Below, one piece after another: positions 15,215-24,832 of a stretch of 64,000 nucleotides of DNA. Where the stretch lies: positions 32,001 to 96,000 of the IMG/VR virus record IMGVR_UViG_3300017991_000007; one strand, given 5' to 3'. The stretch is from a virus. Every line of letters begins with the position of its first letter. Position 1 is the first letter of the stretch. A program made the translations under genes and the position numbers. The notes beneath the pieces were generated by a model, which had not been told where the DNA came from, made no database searches, and saw only the letters and a list, made by a program, of their open reading frames with translations.

Positions 15215-15831
15215 TGCAAGTGGCAAAAGAGGTCCAAGTAAAAGCTTACACTCTAGCGGACGGTAATATTGATATGGAGGCTCTTTTTTGGGCTATGTTC
15301 CCGTCCGTTTTTATTCCAGACCGGTCCACTCTTACGGTTTATCTTGAGTCCTTTGGAAAAGTCTTTGATCCTGCGGCGGCAAAAGCAGCCTGTATTAATG
15401 CAGCGGCCTTATTCGATAAGCCCCCAAACATGGCAGGGAGCGGGGAGGAATTCGGTAAGTCTCAGGCTTTGGCAGATATGATCAGAGGTCCGAGCGGGTA
15501 TATGGTTACGGATGCTTTGCAGGATACTTTCAAGACGTGGGCTGAGGGGTTGATTGCGGGTGCTGAAATTCGTATGAGTAATAAGATAACCGACCTCAAA
15601 GCCGTGCTTGATACCAAAGACAATAAAGGCAGACAAGCGATTGAACTCAAGGCGGGCAGTACCCATATTCTCGTACATGCAGACGGATTCTATTTCAACG
15701 GTGAAAAGCGGGATGATCCTTTTGGAGTCTATGACGCTTTTGTAAGTTTTCTTGAGGAATCGGGGCATATTGACCCGGAAAAGGTCTTTGCGGATGCCAC
15801 GAAAACTGAGGATGATGAGGATGAGGAATAG
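15214..15831 (+). CDS. hypothetical protein
   Basis: TAATG coupling. Confidence 0.65.
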   Translation: MQVAKEVQVKAYTLADGNIDMEALFWAMFPSVFIPDRSTLTVYLESFGKVFDPAAAKAACINAAALFDKPPNMAGSGEEFGKSQALADMIRGPSGYMVTDALQDTFKTWAEGLIAGAEIRMSNKITDLKAVLDTKDNKGRQAIELKAGSTHILVHADGFYFNGEKRDDPFGVYDAFVSFLEESGHIDPEKVFADATKTEDDEDEE

Positions 15832-15920
15832 TGTGGTATGCTTTATCTTTTTTCGCAGGGCTGTCCGTGGGAATATTCATAATGGCGATTGCAAATATGC
15901 TGAGGGATGATGAATGGTAA
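15831..15920 (+). CDS. tiny membrane peptide (29 aa)
   Basis: MWYALSFFAGLSVGIFIMAIANMLRDDEW; GAGG RBS; fills the gap. Confidence 0.45.
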   Translation: MWYALSFFAGLSVGIFIMAIANMLRDDEW

Positions 15921-16213
15921 GTCAAGGTAACGGTGAAAGCCGGAAATTGAAAATTGTGCGGACGGGGTTGCTTGCCGTCATGTTGCAGATTGTTGTTGGT
16001 CTTTTCGCAGTTGGGTATTTCCCGGTTGAAAAGGCTGCGGTAGTCGGACAAATACTGGCAGCATCCCTTACCGTAACGGGAATCATTTGTGGGGGCTATG
16101 TTGGAATTCAGGGTTGGGCAGATGGACGTGCTGTTACCGGGCATTATCATGCTCAAGCCAACCCGAATATAGCCGCAACTAATTCAATAGGAGAGGATGA
16201 GCAAGCAGTATGA
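15914..16213 (+). CDS. two-TM membrane protein, holin-like
   Basis: SRKL, two TM helices, YVGIQGWAD. Confidence 0.5.
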   Translation: MVSQGNGESRKLKIVRTGLLAVMLQIVVGLFAVGYFPVEKAAVVGQILAASLTVTGIICGGYVGIQGWADGRAVTGHYHAQANPNIAATNSIGEDEQAV

Positions 16214-16518
16214 GCCAAAGAAGTAATAACAAGCACCGACTGAGGCAGGGACAGGTTTGCCGAATACTTAATTTTTCATCCCCACGTCTGAGTGTTCTGC
16301 GGAATGAGGGGCGGCTTAGGGAAACGGGGATAGATAAGCAAGGTCGGTATTGGAGTCCGCAAACTATTATGACTTATGTTGAATTTCAAGAAAGGGCCGG
16401 ACGTTTGGAGGATGCAGCCACGTATCGAAAAATGGTTCAACAGAGATTGCGAGAGGAAATGTACGGATTAGAACATCATGCAGCGGCGGGCAGACCCGCA
16501 AAAGGAGATAGCAAATGA
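16210..16518 (+). CDS. MerR/excisionase-like HTH DNA-binding protein
   Basis: LRQGQVCRILNFSSPRLSVLRNEGRL...GRYWS. Confidence 0.6.
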   Translation: MSQRSNNKHRLRQGQVCRILNFSSPRLSVLRNEGRLRETGIDKQGRYWSPQTIMTYVEFQERAGRLEDAATYRKMVQQRLREEMYGLEHHAAAGRPAKGDSK

Positions 16519-17156
16519 TATTGACAGGCAGCGAGATTGAGAAAGAAGTGAAAGCCGGGAAAATCATTATTGACCCGTTTGACCCGGAATGCTTGGGACC
16601 GAATTCCTATGATATCGCTTTGGGACCAAACATTAAACTTTATGAGTTGGCTCCCCCGGATTCACTCATTCGGCAACGTACCATTATGAGTACGGATGGA
16701 AAACCAATACAAGCAGTGGTACCGTCCGTAATTGACCCCTCAGACCCGAATCATCCTATCTTTGATGTTGTCATGCCTGAGAGTGGGTTGATCCTTTGGC
16801 CGGATAAGCTTTACCTTGCACATACGGTAGAGGCGTTTGGCAGTGATCATTTCGTACCCCGAATTACCGGGCGGTCAAGTTTTGGCCGGTACGGTGTAAA
16901 TGTGCATTGCACTGCGGGCTTTGGTGATCTTGGTTATAAGTCTCAGTGGACCTTGGAAATTACGGTCATGCAGCCTATCCTTTTAAGACCGGGTATGCGT
17001 ATCGCACAAGCGTATTTCTATGAGGTCAAAGGAGAGAAAACCAAGCTTTACCGGGGCAAGTATCTGAATGCCAAAGGTGTGATTGAAAGCCGTGCTTATG
17101 AGGAAATCAAGAAACCGGCTCCCCCGCAGCAACCGGGTAGTCAGCAAAAACATTAA
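16515..17156 (+). CDS. dcd: dCTP deaminase
   Basis: MIL..I.IDPF...PNSYD.L; GRSSFGR.G; TAGFGD.GY..QWTLEI; GMRIAQ; Y.GKY. Confidence 0.92.
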   Translation: MILTGSEIEKEVKAGKIIIDPFDPECLGPNSYDIALGPNIKLYELAPPDSLIRQRTIMSTDGKPIQAVVPSVIDPSDPNHPIFDVVMPESGLILWPDKLYLAHTVEAFGSDHFVPRITGRSSFGRYGVNVHCTAGFGDLGYKSQWTLEITVMQPILLRPGMRIAQAYFYEVKGEKTKLYRGKYLNAKGVIESRAYEEIKKPAPPQQPGSQQKH

Positions 17157-17160
17157 AAAG

Positions 17161-17211
17161 TGCAAGCGAGTGCATTTTTTACTTGACAAGGCTCTTTTGC
17201 ATTGTTATGGT
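17161..17211 (+). promoter_or_regulatory. TGCA-N6-TGCA site plus sigma70 promoter
   Basis: TGCAAGCGAGTGCA 17161-17174; TTGACA(17183)-17-TATGGT. Confidence 0.8.
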
Positions 17212-17254
17212 TAGGCAAGTTGATTGAAACGCAAACTTGCAAAGGGGTATGCAA

Positions 17255-17863
17255 ATGGCGAAAGCTAAGGCAACTAAGAAAAAAGAGGTCACTGAGATTC
17301 CTTTCACTGAGGATATTCAGACTCTTTTTACTGCGACAATGGCTACCGCTGAGGAATTGAAGGGTGGTACGGTTAAACCGAATACTGAGGATGCTCTTTT
17401 CATCCATGCCGGTTACAAGGGCATTGAAAAGGCTGCAAAGGCCGGTATTGATGCAGTACGTCCGATTCTCCAAAAGGCGGCTGAGGATACTGAGGGTGGT
17501 ACTTTTGAGGGTGCCAACGGGAAAGCTACCTATACATGGATTCAGGGTGACGATACCGTGAATTTCACTGAGGCAACTACCGAATTGCTTGAGCAAAAAG
17601 GTGTCTTGGATGATAGCGTGGTTATCCATGCGACTCTCAAACCGGGCGTTGAAGTGGAAAAGATAACCGAAAAAGAGCTTGAGGTTATTCAAAAATACTT
17701 CGATGTAGAGTACACTCTTTCCCATGAAAAAATTGCGGCTCAAGTCACTCTTGAAAAACTCACTCAAGAGGAATTGGACGCAACGGTAGAGCGTGTTCCT
17801 GCAAAGGGTTACGGTAGGCTGAATGTCACACCGGCAAAAGAGGTTAAGAAGTCTTTTTCCTAA
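17255..17863 (+). CDS. hypothetical protein (monocistronic)
   Basis: Own promoter, GGGGT RBS, terminator. Confidence 0.75.
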   Translation: MAKAKATKKKEVTEIPFTEDIQTLFTATMATAEELKGGTVKPNTEDALFIHAGYKGIEKAAKAGIDAVRPILQKAAEDTEGGTFEGANGKATYTWIQGDDTVNFTEATTELLEQKGVLDDSVVIHATLKPGVEVEKITEKELEVIQKYFDVEYTLSHEKIAAQVTLEKLTQEELDATVERVPAKGYGRLNVTPAKEVKKSFS

Positions 17864-17898
17864 GCCTCTAAGACACACCGGATTGATAAACTCTTTAT

Positions 17899-17933
17899 AA
17901 GACGTAAGGGTGTAATGCCCTTGCGTCTTTTTT
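17899..17933 (+). terminator. intrinsic terminator
   Basis: AAGACGTAAGGG-TGTAATG-CCCTTGCGTCTT plus T run. Confidence 0.75.
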
Positions 17934-17952
17934 GCTTTGAGGGATAGGTGCT

Positions 17953-19932
17953 ATGGATAATGTGTTTCGATTGACTGAGGGATTCCTTGATAAGTACAAA
18001 GGCCGTCAACCAAATTGGGGGTACGGCGTTGTGGGGTGGGTGACGTACAAGCGCACCTATGCCCGGTTAAAACCGGACGGCAATTTAGAGGATTGGTGGG
18101 AAACGGTAAAGCGGGTAGTAGAGGGTTGCTACAATGTTCAAAAGCTTCATTGTGAGGCACACCGCTTACCGTGGAATGGTAACAAGGGGCAGCTATCAGC
18201 CCAAAAGATGTATGACTTGATCTTTAATATGAAATTTCTACCGCCGGGTAGAGGGCTTTGGGCAATGGGTACTGAGTATGTTTCGGAGCGTGGCAGTGCG
18301 GCTTTGAATAATTGTGGATTTGTCAGTACCAAGGATATCAAGAGGGACTTTGCCCGTCCTTTCTGTTTTCTTATGGATATGAGTATGCTTGGAGTGGGGG
18401 TGGGAGCGGATACCAAAGGGGCCGGTACTTTCACCTTGACGCAACCGGATTACGATGATGAGCCTTATATCATTCCAGACTCAAGAGAGGGTTGGGTTGA
18501 TTCGCTCAAGGCTATTTTGGATGCGTTTTCCGGGCGTGGTAGGTTGCCCGCCAAATTCGATTACTCCCAAATCAGACCGCAGGGCGCAACTCTCAGGGGG
18601 TTTGGGGGTAAAGCCTCTGGACCCGGACCTTTGAAGCTACTCCATAAAGACGTGATCCGAATGCTGCATAAGCAAGTGTATGAAAAGAATGGAGAGGTAA
18701 CGTCAACTGTTATCGTAGATATTTTCAACATGGCAGGGCGTTGTGTTGTAGCGGGTGGTATTCGTAGGTCCGCTGAAATCATGCTTGGGGATTCTGAGGA
18801 TGCTGATTTTCTGGACTTGAAAAACCCTGCTAAGTGGAAAAAGGAGTTGAATTCGCATAGGTGGGCATCCAATAACTCAGTGTTCGCTGAGGTTGGCATG
18901 GACTATGAGCCTTTTGTGGATCAAATCATGGAAAACGGGGAGCCGGGTTTCGTTTGGTTGGATAATGCCCGGAATTATGGACGGATGATTGATGGATTCA
19001 ATGAGGATGCGGACCCGTTTGTAATGGGATGTAACCCGTGCGGCGAACAGTCGCTTGAATCTTATGAGCTTTGCAATCTGGTAGAGACTTTTCCGGCATT
19101 CCACGAATCTTATGAGGAATTTCAGTTTACACTGAAATATGCGTACCTATACGCAAAGACCGTATCCCTGATTCCCACGCATGATCCCAACGCAAATGCG
19201 ATTATCGGACGTAACCGGCGCATTGGCACGTCCGTATCCGGTATCACTCAGGCAATTCAGAGGTTTGGTTTTCGGAGTTTTATTCAAATGCTTGATAAGG
19301 GCTACCAATATCTGCGGCAACTGGACAATATTTATGCCCGCTGGTTATGTGTGCCAAACTCAATCAAACTAACATCCGTGAAACCATCCGGTACCATTTC
19401 CCTCTTGACGGGTGCGACCCCCGGTATCCATTTCCCCGAATCTGAATACTACATAAGAAACATCCGGTTTGATCCCGGCTCCCCGCTTTTGGAGCGGCTT
19501 GAGGCTGCGGGCTACCCGGTAGAACCATCCATTCAGAAAGATAATACATTAGTAGTGAGCTTTCCCGTCCGGCAAGAGCTTTTCAGCAAATCTAAGTATG
19601 ACGTGACGGTTTGGGAACAATTTGAGCTTGCCAGCCAGATACAGAAGCATTGGAGCGATAATCAGGTATCGGTCACTATCACGGTGCAAGAGGGAGAGGC
19701 GCAAGATGTTCCACGCTGCCTTTCGATGTACGAGAGTAGGCTGAAATCGGTATCAATGCTGCCTTTAGGGGAGCATGGTTATAAGCAAGCCCCGTATATT
19801 CCAATTACCAAGGCTGAGTATGATAAGATGATGAGAAAGTTAAAACCTTTGGACTTCAATGTGTCCGAGAAAGAGTGCCATGACCAAGAAGATAAATTCT
19901 GCGATTCAGAAAGCTGCGAAATCAAAACCTAA
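17953..19932 (+). CDS. nrdJ: class II adenosylcobalamin-dependent ribonucleoside-triphosphate reductase (monomeric type)
   Basis: PPGRGLW, ALNNC, RRSAE, NPCGEQ.LE..ELCNL.E, VKPSGT, C-terminal CDSESC. Confidence 0.93.
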   Translation: MDNVFRLTEGFLDKYKGRQPNWGYGVVGWVTYKRTYARLKPDGNLEDWWETVKRVVEGCYNVQKLHCEAHRLPWNGNKGQLSAQKMYDLIFNMKFLPPGRGLWAMGTEYVSERGSAALNNCGFVSTKDIKRDFARPFCFLMDMSMLGVGVGADTKGAGTFTLTQPDYDDEPYIIPDSREGWVDSLKAILDAFSGRGRLPAKFDYSQIRPQGATLRGFGGKASGPGPLKLLHKDVIRMLHKQVYEKNGEVTSTVIVDIFNMAGRCVVAGGIRRSAEIMLGDSEDADFLDLKNPAKWKKELNSHRWASNNSVFAEVGMDYEPFVDQIMENGEPGFVWLDNARNYGRMIDGFNEDADPFVMGCNPCGEQSLESYELCNLVETFPAFHESYEEFQFTLKYAYLYAKTVSLIPTHDPNANAIIGRNRRIGTSVSGITQAIQRFGFRSFIQMLDKGYQYLRQLDNIYARWLCVPNSIKLTSVKPSGTISLLTGATPGIHFPESEYYIRNIRFDPGSPLLERLEAAGYPVEPSIQKDNTLVVSFPVRQELFSKSKYDVTVWEQFELASQIQKHWSDNQVSVTITVQEGEAQDVPRCLSMYESRLKSVSMLPLGEHGYKQAPYIPITKAEYDKMMRKLKPLDFNVSEKECHDQEDKFCDSESCEIKT

Positions 19933-20104
19933 GTTCGTACCAAGGGAACGGTTGCGTTCCTGTAGGAAGTGTGGGAGCATATTTCGTAGTGATGACCATT
20001 ATTTGTGTCGTAATTGTCGGGGTAAAGAGGCGAAAAAGCATACCCCGAAAAAGAAGTTTGATAATGAGAGTATGATTGTCCGTCTGCAAGGGGGTCCGAA
20101 ATGA
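19880..20104 (+). CDS. small basic Zn-finger protein
   Basis: CRKC...CRNC; ATGA overlap with portal. Confidence 0.55.
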   Translation: MTKKINSAIQKAAKSKPKFVPRERLRSCRKCGSIFRSDDHYLCRNCRGKEAKKHTPKKKFDNESMIVRLQGGPK

Positions 20105-21942
20105 GTAAGGGTAAGAAGTCCACAAAGAAAAAAGGTGTGGAAGGGCAGCGTACCAGACCGCCGGTAGAGGAATACATTATGGAGAAAGTAGTTGACTCTC
20201 AAGAGGTCGTAGTCAAGGTCTTTGGCGGCGGCGGTATTGACGGTCATTCTCAAATTGGAAAGATGGAAAGATTTGGAGCAAGGTCTAAGCAGCTTCCCCC
20301 GGATCATTTTGAGCAAGATATCCGAGCCGGAAATGTTATTGCTCCCCTTTATGATCCTGCGGTTTGGGCTTTCCTCTTAGAGCAAAATACAAGGCTAAAT
20401 AAGCTTGTCAACTCAATGGCGTGTAACACCGTTGGTTTGGGTTGGAAAATCGTACCGGTTAAAGAGGATGAGACTTATATTGAACAAAACAAGAAAGAGA
20501 TTGAGGCAGAAAAGGAACTGTTGATCCCCCTTTTCCAGCATCCTAATCCAGAGGTTCCCTTTACCGAGCTTATGAAAATGGTCAAGGTTGATGAGGAAAG
20601 CACGGGGCAGGGTTGGATGGAGGTTATCAGAAATCTCAAGGGTGACAAGGTTGCAAATATGAATCATTTGCCGTCCTACACCATGCGGGTTGCTAAAGGT
20701 GGGGATAGGTTTGTTCAAATGCGTCCCTCTGATACTTCCAAGAAAGTGTATTTCAAGCCTTTCGGAGTAGAGAGGAAATTGGATTCTTTAACCGGAGAGT
20801 GGGAGAAACCGGGTCAACCGATACCGGCTGATAGAGAGGCTAATGAAGTTCTTTACTGGAAAATTTACAACCCACGCTCATCTTTTTATGGTGCGCCAAG
20901 AGTTGTATCCGCAGCACCGGCTGTTGCTGGTACACGCCTTGCCCACAAACGAAACGTGGCATTCTTTGAAAACGATGCGACCCCACGCCTTGCGATTATC
21001 GTAAATGGAGGGCAGCTTTCGGATGAATCAATGAAAATGATTGAGGATTTTGTTGATGCCCGTGGAAAAGGACCGGGTAATGCTGGTAGATTGATGGTTT
21101 TGCAAGCACGGGGAGCCGATTCAATGCTTGCGGATGCGAGTCAACTCAATATTAACCTTATGCCGCTTACCGTGGGAGTCCAAGATGATGCCAGCTTTAG
21201 CCGGTACCTCACTCAGAATAATGAGGAAGTACGAGAGGCATTTGGTATTGGACAAATTTTCATTGGTACCTCAGACGATGTAAACCGAGCGGTTGCTTTG
21301 GCGATGAAACAATTGACTGTAGAGCAAGTTTTTGAGCCTGAATCACGGCGTTATGAGTATCGAATCAATGAAACAATCGTAAAGACTTTCAATGTCAAAC
21401 ACGTCCGGCTCAAATTTATCAGACCCCGGACTACCGATATGCAAGCTGAGTCTCAAGCATACTCTATGCTTGCTGCGGTTGGCGGCGTAACTCCCAATGA
21501 CGTGCGTGATTTCCTTGAGAAACCGAGATTTGAGGGCAAGTGGGCAAATACTCCGCTTTCGGTCCTGCGTTCTGGAATGATGGAAATTCAGGATAACCCG
21601 GATGCTACTATGTGGACTGAGTATGGTGACAAAATTCCTCAGCAAGAGTTGGTTGATGCTCAAGCCGATAAAGTCCGCATGGAGGTTGGTATGGCAGGGG
21701 CGCAAGCTACGACCCCACAAAAGATGCCAACTGAGGGTGCTACGATAACCCCGCCGGGTATTATGGACCGTGATAAGATCAAAGAAGCGGTTAGAGCAAC
21801 CCCGGAAAACCGGGAAGCGGCCAAAGAAGCATTGAAAGAGTTTCCCGCTGAGAGTATCCAAGAATCTATAGATGAAATGCAAGCGATTGCACAAGGTCTT
21901 AGGGATATGGGATTCAATGTGGAAGTCACTTTACCTGAGTAA
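20101..21942 (+). CDS. portal protein (PBSX/P2-like)
   Basis: EVIRN..G, HLPSYTMR, FYGAP, FFENDATP, GGVTPNDVR; position upstream of head genes. Confidence 0.9.
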   Translation: MSKGKKSTKKKGVEGQRTRPPVEEYIMEKVVDSQEVVVKVFGGGGIDGHSQIGKMERFGARSKQLPPDHFEQDIRAGNVIAPLYDPAVWAFLLEQNTRLNKLVNSMACNTVGLGWKIVPVKEDETYIEQNKKEIEAEKELLIPLFQHPNPEVPFTELMKMVKVDEESTGQGWMEVIRNLKGDKVANMNHLPSYTMRVAKGGDRFVQMRPSDTSKKVYFKPFGVERKLDSLTGEWEKPGQPIPADREANEVLYWKIYNPRSSFYGAPRVVSAAPAVAGTRLAHKRNVAFFENDATPRLAIIVNGGQLSDESMKMIEDFVDARGKGPGNAGRLMVLQARGADSMLADASQLNINLMPLTVGVQDDASFSRYLTQNNEEVREAFGIGQIFIGTSDDVNRAVALAMKQLTVEQVFEPESRRYEYRINETIVKTFNVKHVRLKFIRPRTTDMQAESQAYSMLAAVGGVTPNDVRDFLEKPRFEGKWANTPLSVLRSGMMEIQDNPDATMWTEYGDKIPQQELVDAQADKVRMEVGMAGAQATTPQKMPTEGATITPPGIMDRDKIKEAVRATPENREAAKEALKEFPAESIQESIDEMQAIAQGLRDMGFNVEVTLPE

Positions 21943-21993
21943 AGACGTGAAAAAAGCCTTACACACCATTTTAGGAAACGCAAAGATATAGGG

Positions 21994-22022
21994 TTGACAA
22001 AAATTTTTTGCATAAGTACACT
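21994..22022 (+). promoter_or_regulatory. sigma70 promoter for head genes
   Basis: TTGACA-17-TACACT; TGCAAGCGATTGCA at 21878-21891. Confidence 0.65.
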
Positions 22023-22074
22023 GATTTCTGTATGATACTTGGTATAGAAACCTAAAGTTTCAAGGAGAACGACA

Positions 22075-22293
22075 ATGCCGATGCCTAAGTACAAATCCCC
22101 CAACAAAAATGCGAGAGTTGCAGACGTGTCTTTGGTTGGTACCCGTGCTAACGTGGTTCGTCACGGCGCACCCCGTATGGCTGACCAAACCGCAGCCGGG
22201 AATGTCAATACTGCATCAAGCCGGAATACTTCAAACTATTCCGACCTGAATCAGAAACGGAACAAGGGTGCTGGTAAGGACATGATTAGCTAA
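22075..22293 (+). CDS. small basic hypothetical (possible virion) protein
   Basis: AAGGAG RBS. Confidence 0.65.
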   Translation: MPMPKYKSPNKNARVADVSLVGTRANVVRHGAPRMADQTAAGNVNTASSRNTSNYSDLNQKRNKGAGKDMIS

Positions 22294-22329
22294 ATCCAGC
22301 GTTTCGGTTCTAAAGCAGTAGGAGTAGGG

Positions 22330-24762
22330 ATGAAAGACCGTTTTGAATTCGATCTGTTCGTTCAAAAAGCGGAGGAACGGGAGGGCCGTCCTTTCTTGAC
22401 GATCTATGCCACCGATACGGCTGAGGATCAACACAAGGAAAGATGTTCCCGTACTTGTCTTGAACGGATGCAGGATCAAATCAAACGTCATTCCGTTGAC
22501 CTATTGAATTCCCACCATGACGCAGTAGGTATGGGGAAAGCGGTTGATTCCTTCATTGTTGATGCCGGACAATTCGATTCGGAGCTTAACGGGGAAACGG
22601 CTCTACTGGTTGATGTAGAGCTTGATCCCCGTTTTCCGCAAGCGGTTGCGCTGCATGAATCAGCAATGAAGGGGGAGCATAAACATAAATTCTCCATAGG
22701 CGGGCGGCTTAACAGGCAGAATCCAAAACCTTTCTATTATGAGCGTGGTAAGAAAGTGCTTGATGACGTGGAATTAGACCATATCACTGCTTGCCGTGCG
22801 CCCAAAGCGTCAAATCAAAGGACTCACATTGCAGAGGCCGTATTCAAGACTTTGGATATGACTGAGGATGATGAGGTTTTGATTCTTGGGGATACCGAGG
22901 ATGACGGGTTGGAGTTTGATAAGAAAGGTATGGGAGGTCTGTTGCCGATTGGCGATAGAGCAAGACCTTGGGATGCGTCCGGGGCAGTTCGGCGTGTGCG
23001 AGATTGGGCAAACGCCAATGAAAAGCCGAATGCCAAGTATGGACGTGCCTTTCTCTGGCATGACAAGACCAACCCGGATGTATTCGGAGCTTATAAGCTG
23101 CCCTATGCTGATATTGTGAATGGTCAATTGACTGCAATGCCAAGAGGTCTTTTTGCAGCGGCGGCTGCGGTCCAAGGCGCAAGAGGCGGCGTGGACATTC
23201 CTGCGGCTGATAGAGGAATGGTGCAACGAAAGCTTGCCTCTTATTATAGTAAGATGCGGACTCAGTTTGACGATGCCAATATTCAGGTGCCTTGGGCGCA
23301 TGAAATGGCTATTGAGAAAGTCTTTGGGTCTGATTTCTTTACTGTACTCAAATCTTTGGACTCAGCGTACTTTGAGGGTGAAACCGCACCCGCTGGTAAA
23401 GGTCCAAGGGAGCATACCCATAAATTCACCGGACGGTTGAATGGGGAGAGTGGTACGTTAATCGGTATGACTACAAGTTGGTCTGCGGGGGAACGTCACG
23501 CTCATATGGTTGATCTTGTTGGTAAGGATGAGGCGGTAACGGCCCCGGCAAGCAGGGGATTTAATCATACTCACAACTTAGAAATGCCGAGCGTTTCATC
23601 CATTACCGAGAAACAGTTTGACAAGGTTCTAATGGAAGCAGCCAAGGAACTACCGATTATGTTCTTTGGGAATGATAAATTGAAAAAACTTGCAGAAAAG
23701 GCCGTTTCAAGACAAGAGCCGGAAAGCGAGCATGAAATGGATAAGGACAAGATCGAAAACGTAGAGGCGGGCGCACCGGTAGAGGAAACCCCTGATACCG
23801 AGACTATTGATACGCCTGAAAACGCAGAAAGCGAGCAAGCCGCTGAGAGCGTTACCGAGCCGGTTGAAACCGAGACACCCTCTGAGGATGATCCTATGGA
23901 GCTTACCAAAGAGGATACCGGGATTCTGCGTAAGATTGTCAATGCTTTTCGGAGTGATCCGAAAGAGGATAACCGTCCTTTGCAGGATAGGATTATCGAC
24001 GCTGCGGACCATATCACTGAAAACTCAGTTTCGCAGGACAACTTTGATGAGGTTGCGGGCGCAAGCCTTTACCTGTTGAAGCGTCTTACCGGACTTGAGT
24101 TGGACCGTGATGAGCTTGCCGTTAAGTCTGCAAGGCTCTTGAGTCAGCTTGAAATGATTGCGGATAAGGATGCCCCGGTTGCCCTTGAGGTGGAAACGCC
24201 TGAAAGTGTCGATACGGGGGAGCCGTCTGATGACGTGTCCAAAACCACTGAGGACGGGGATACCCCGGAGGACACAGAAACTACTCCAATGGAGGTTGAG
24301 GAAATGAATGCTGAGGAATTAAAAGCCTTTGGCAAGGAGTTGGCAACCGGTTTGGTGGAAGGTCTTACCCCGGCAATTACGCAGGGAGTAGTTGACACAT
24401 TCCGCAAAGAGGGTTTGCTGCCCGCCGCAAAGGAAATCGAAACTGAAACCCCGGCTGAGGCTCCGAAAGAGGCCGCACCGGAAACCACTGAGGCTCCGAA
24501 AGAGGAAACTCCTAAAGAGACTCAGACCCCCGAAACACCGGAAACTGAAACCGAGACACCCGCTGAAACCCCGAATGAGGTTGCCAAGACTAAAGACGTT
24601 TTGGATGAAATTCTGAAAACCGTCCAAGGTCTTGATACCCGCATTACGGAGATTGAGGGACGGCCCGGACCATCCCGCAGCATTGCCGGTCAAGACCCCG
24701 CTCCTGCATTGCCGCAAAAGAAAAACAACGGCATTTTCGCAGGTGCATTGTTTCGGAAATAA
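22330..24762 (+). CDS. prohead protease-scaffold fusion
   Basis: HK97-type protease motifs (LLNSH, FSIGG, LDHI); middle YKLP..GARGG domain; acidic E/T/P-rich scaffold tail. Confidence 0.85.
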   Translation: MKDRFEFDLFVQKAEEREGRPFLTIYATDTAEDQHKERCSRTCLERMQDQIKRHSVDLLNSHHDAVGMGKAVDSFIVDAGQFDSELNGETALLVDVELDPRFPQAVALHESAMKGEHKHKFSIGGRLNRQNPKPFYYERGKKVLDDVELDHITACRAPKASNQRTHIAEAVFKTLDMTEDDEVLILGDTEDDGLEFDKKGMGGLLPIGDRARPWDASGAVRRVRDWANANEKPNAKYGRAFLWHDKTNPDVFGAYKLPYADIVNGQLTAMPRGLFAAAAAVQGARGGVDIPAADRGMVQRKLASYYSKMRTQFDDANIQVPWAHEMAIEKVFGSDFFTVLKSLDSAYFEGETAPAGKGPREHTHKFTGRLNGESGTLIGMTTSWSAGERHAHMVDLVGKDEAVTAPASRGFNHTHNLEMPSVSSITEKQFDKVLMEAAKELPIMFFGNDKLKKLAEKAVSRQEPESEHEMDKDKIENVEAGAPVEETPDTETIDTPENAESEQAAESVTEPVETETPSEDDPMELTKEDTGILRKIVNAFRSDPKEDNRPLQDRIIDAADHITENSVSQDNFDEVAGASLYLLKRLTGLELDRDELAVKSARLLSQLEMIADKDAPVALEVETPESVDTGEPSDDVSKTTEDGDTPEDTETTPMEVEEMNAEELKAFGKELATGLVEGLTPAITQGVVDTFRKEGLLPAAKEIETETPAEAPKEAAPETTEAPKEETPKETQTPETPETETETPAETPNEVAKTKDVLDEILKTVQGLDTRITEIEGRPGPSRSIAGQDPAPALPQKKNNGIFAGALFRK

Positions 24763-24832
24763 GCTAGGGTAAAACTTGGCTTAAAAGAGACTAAGGTATT
24801 GATCTGTAAACACATTTCTATAGGAGGCTGCA

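Noticed and set aside
17153-17878. Long antisense ORFs (also 36836-37630, 34631-35284, 49657-50310 and others)
   Set aside because: Shadows of well-supported + strand genes; no RBS or motifs.
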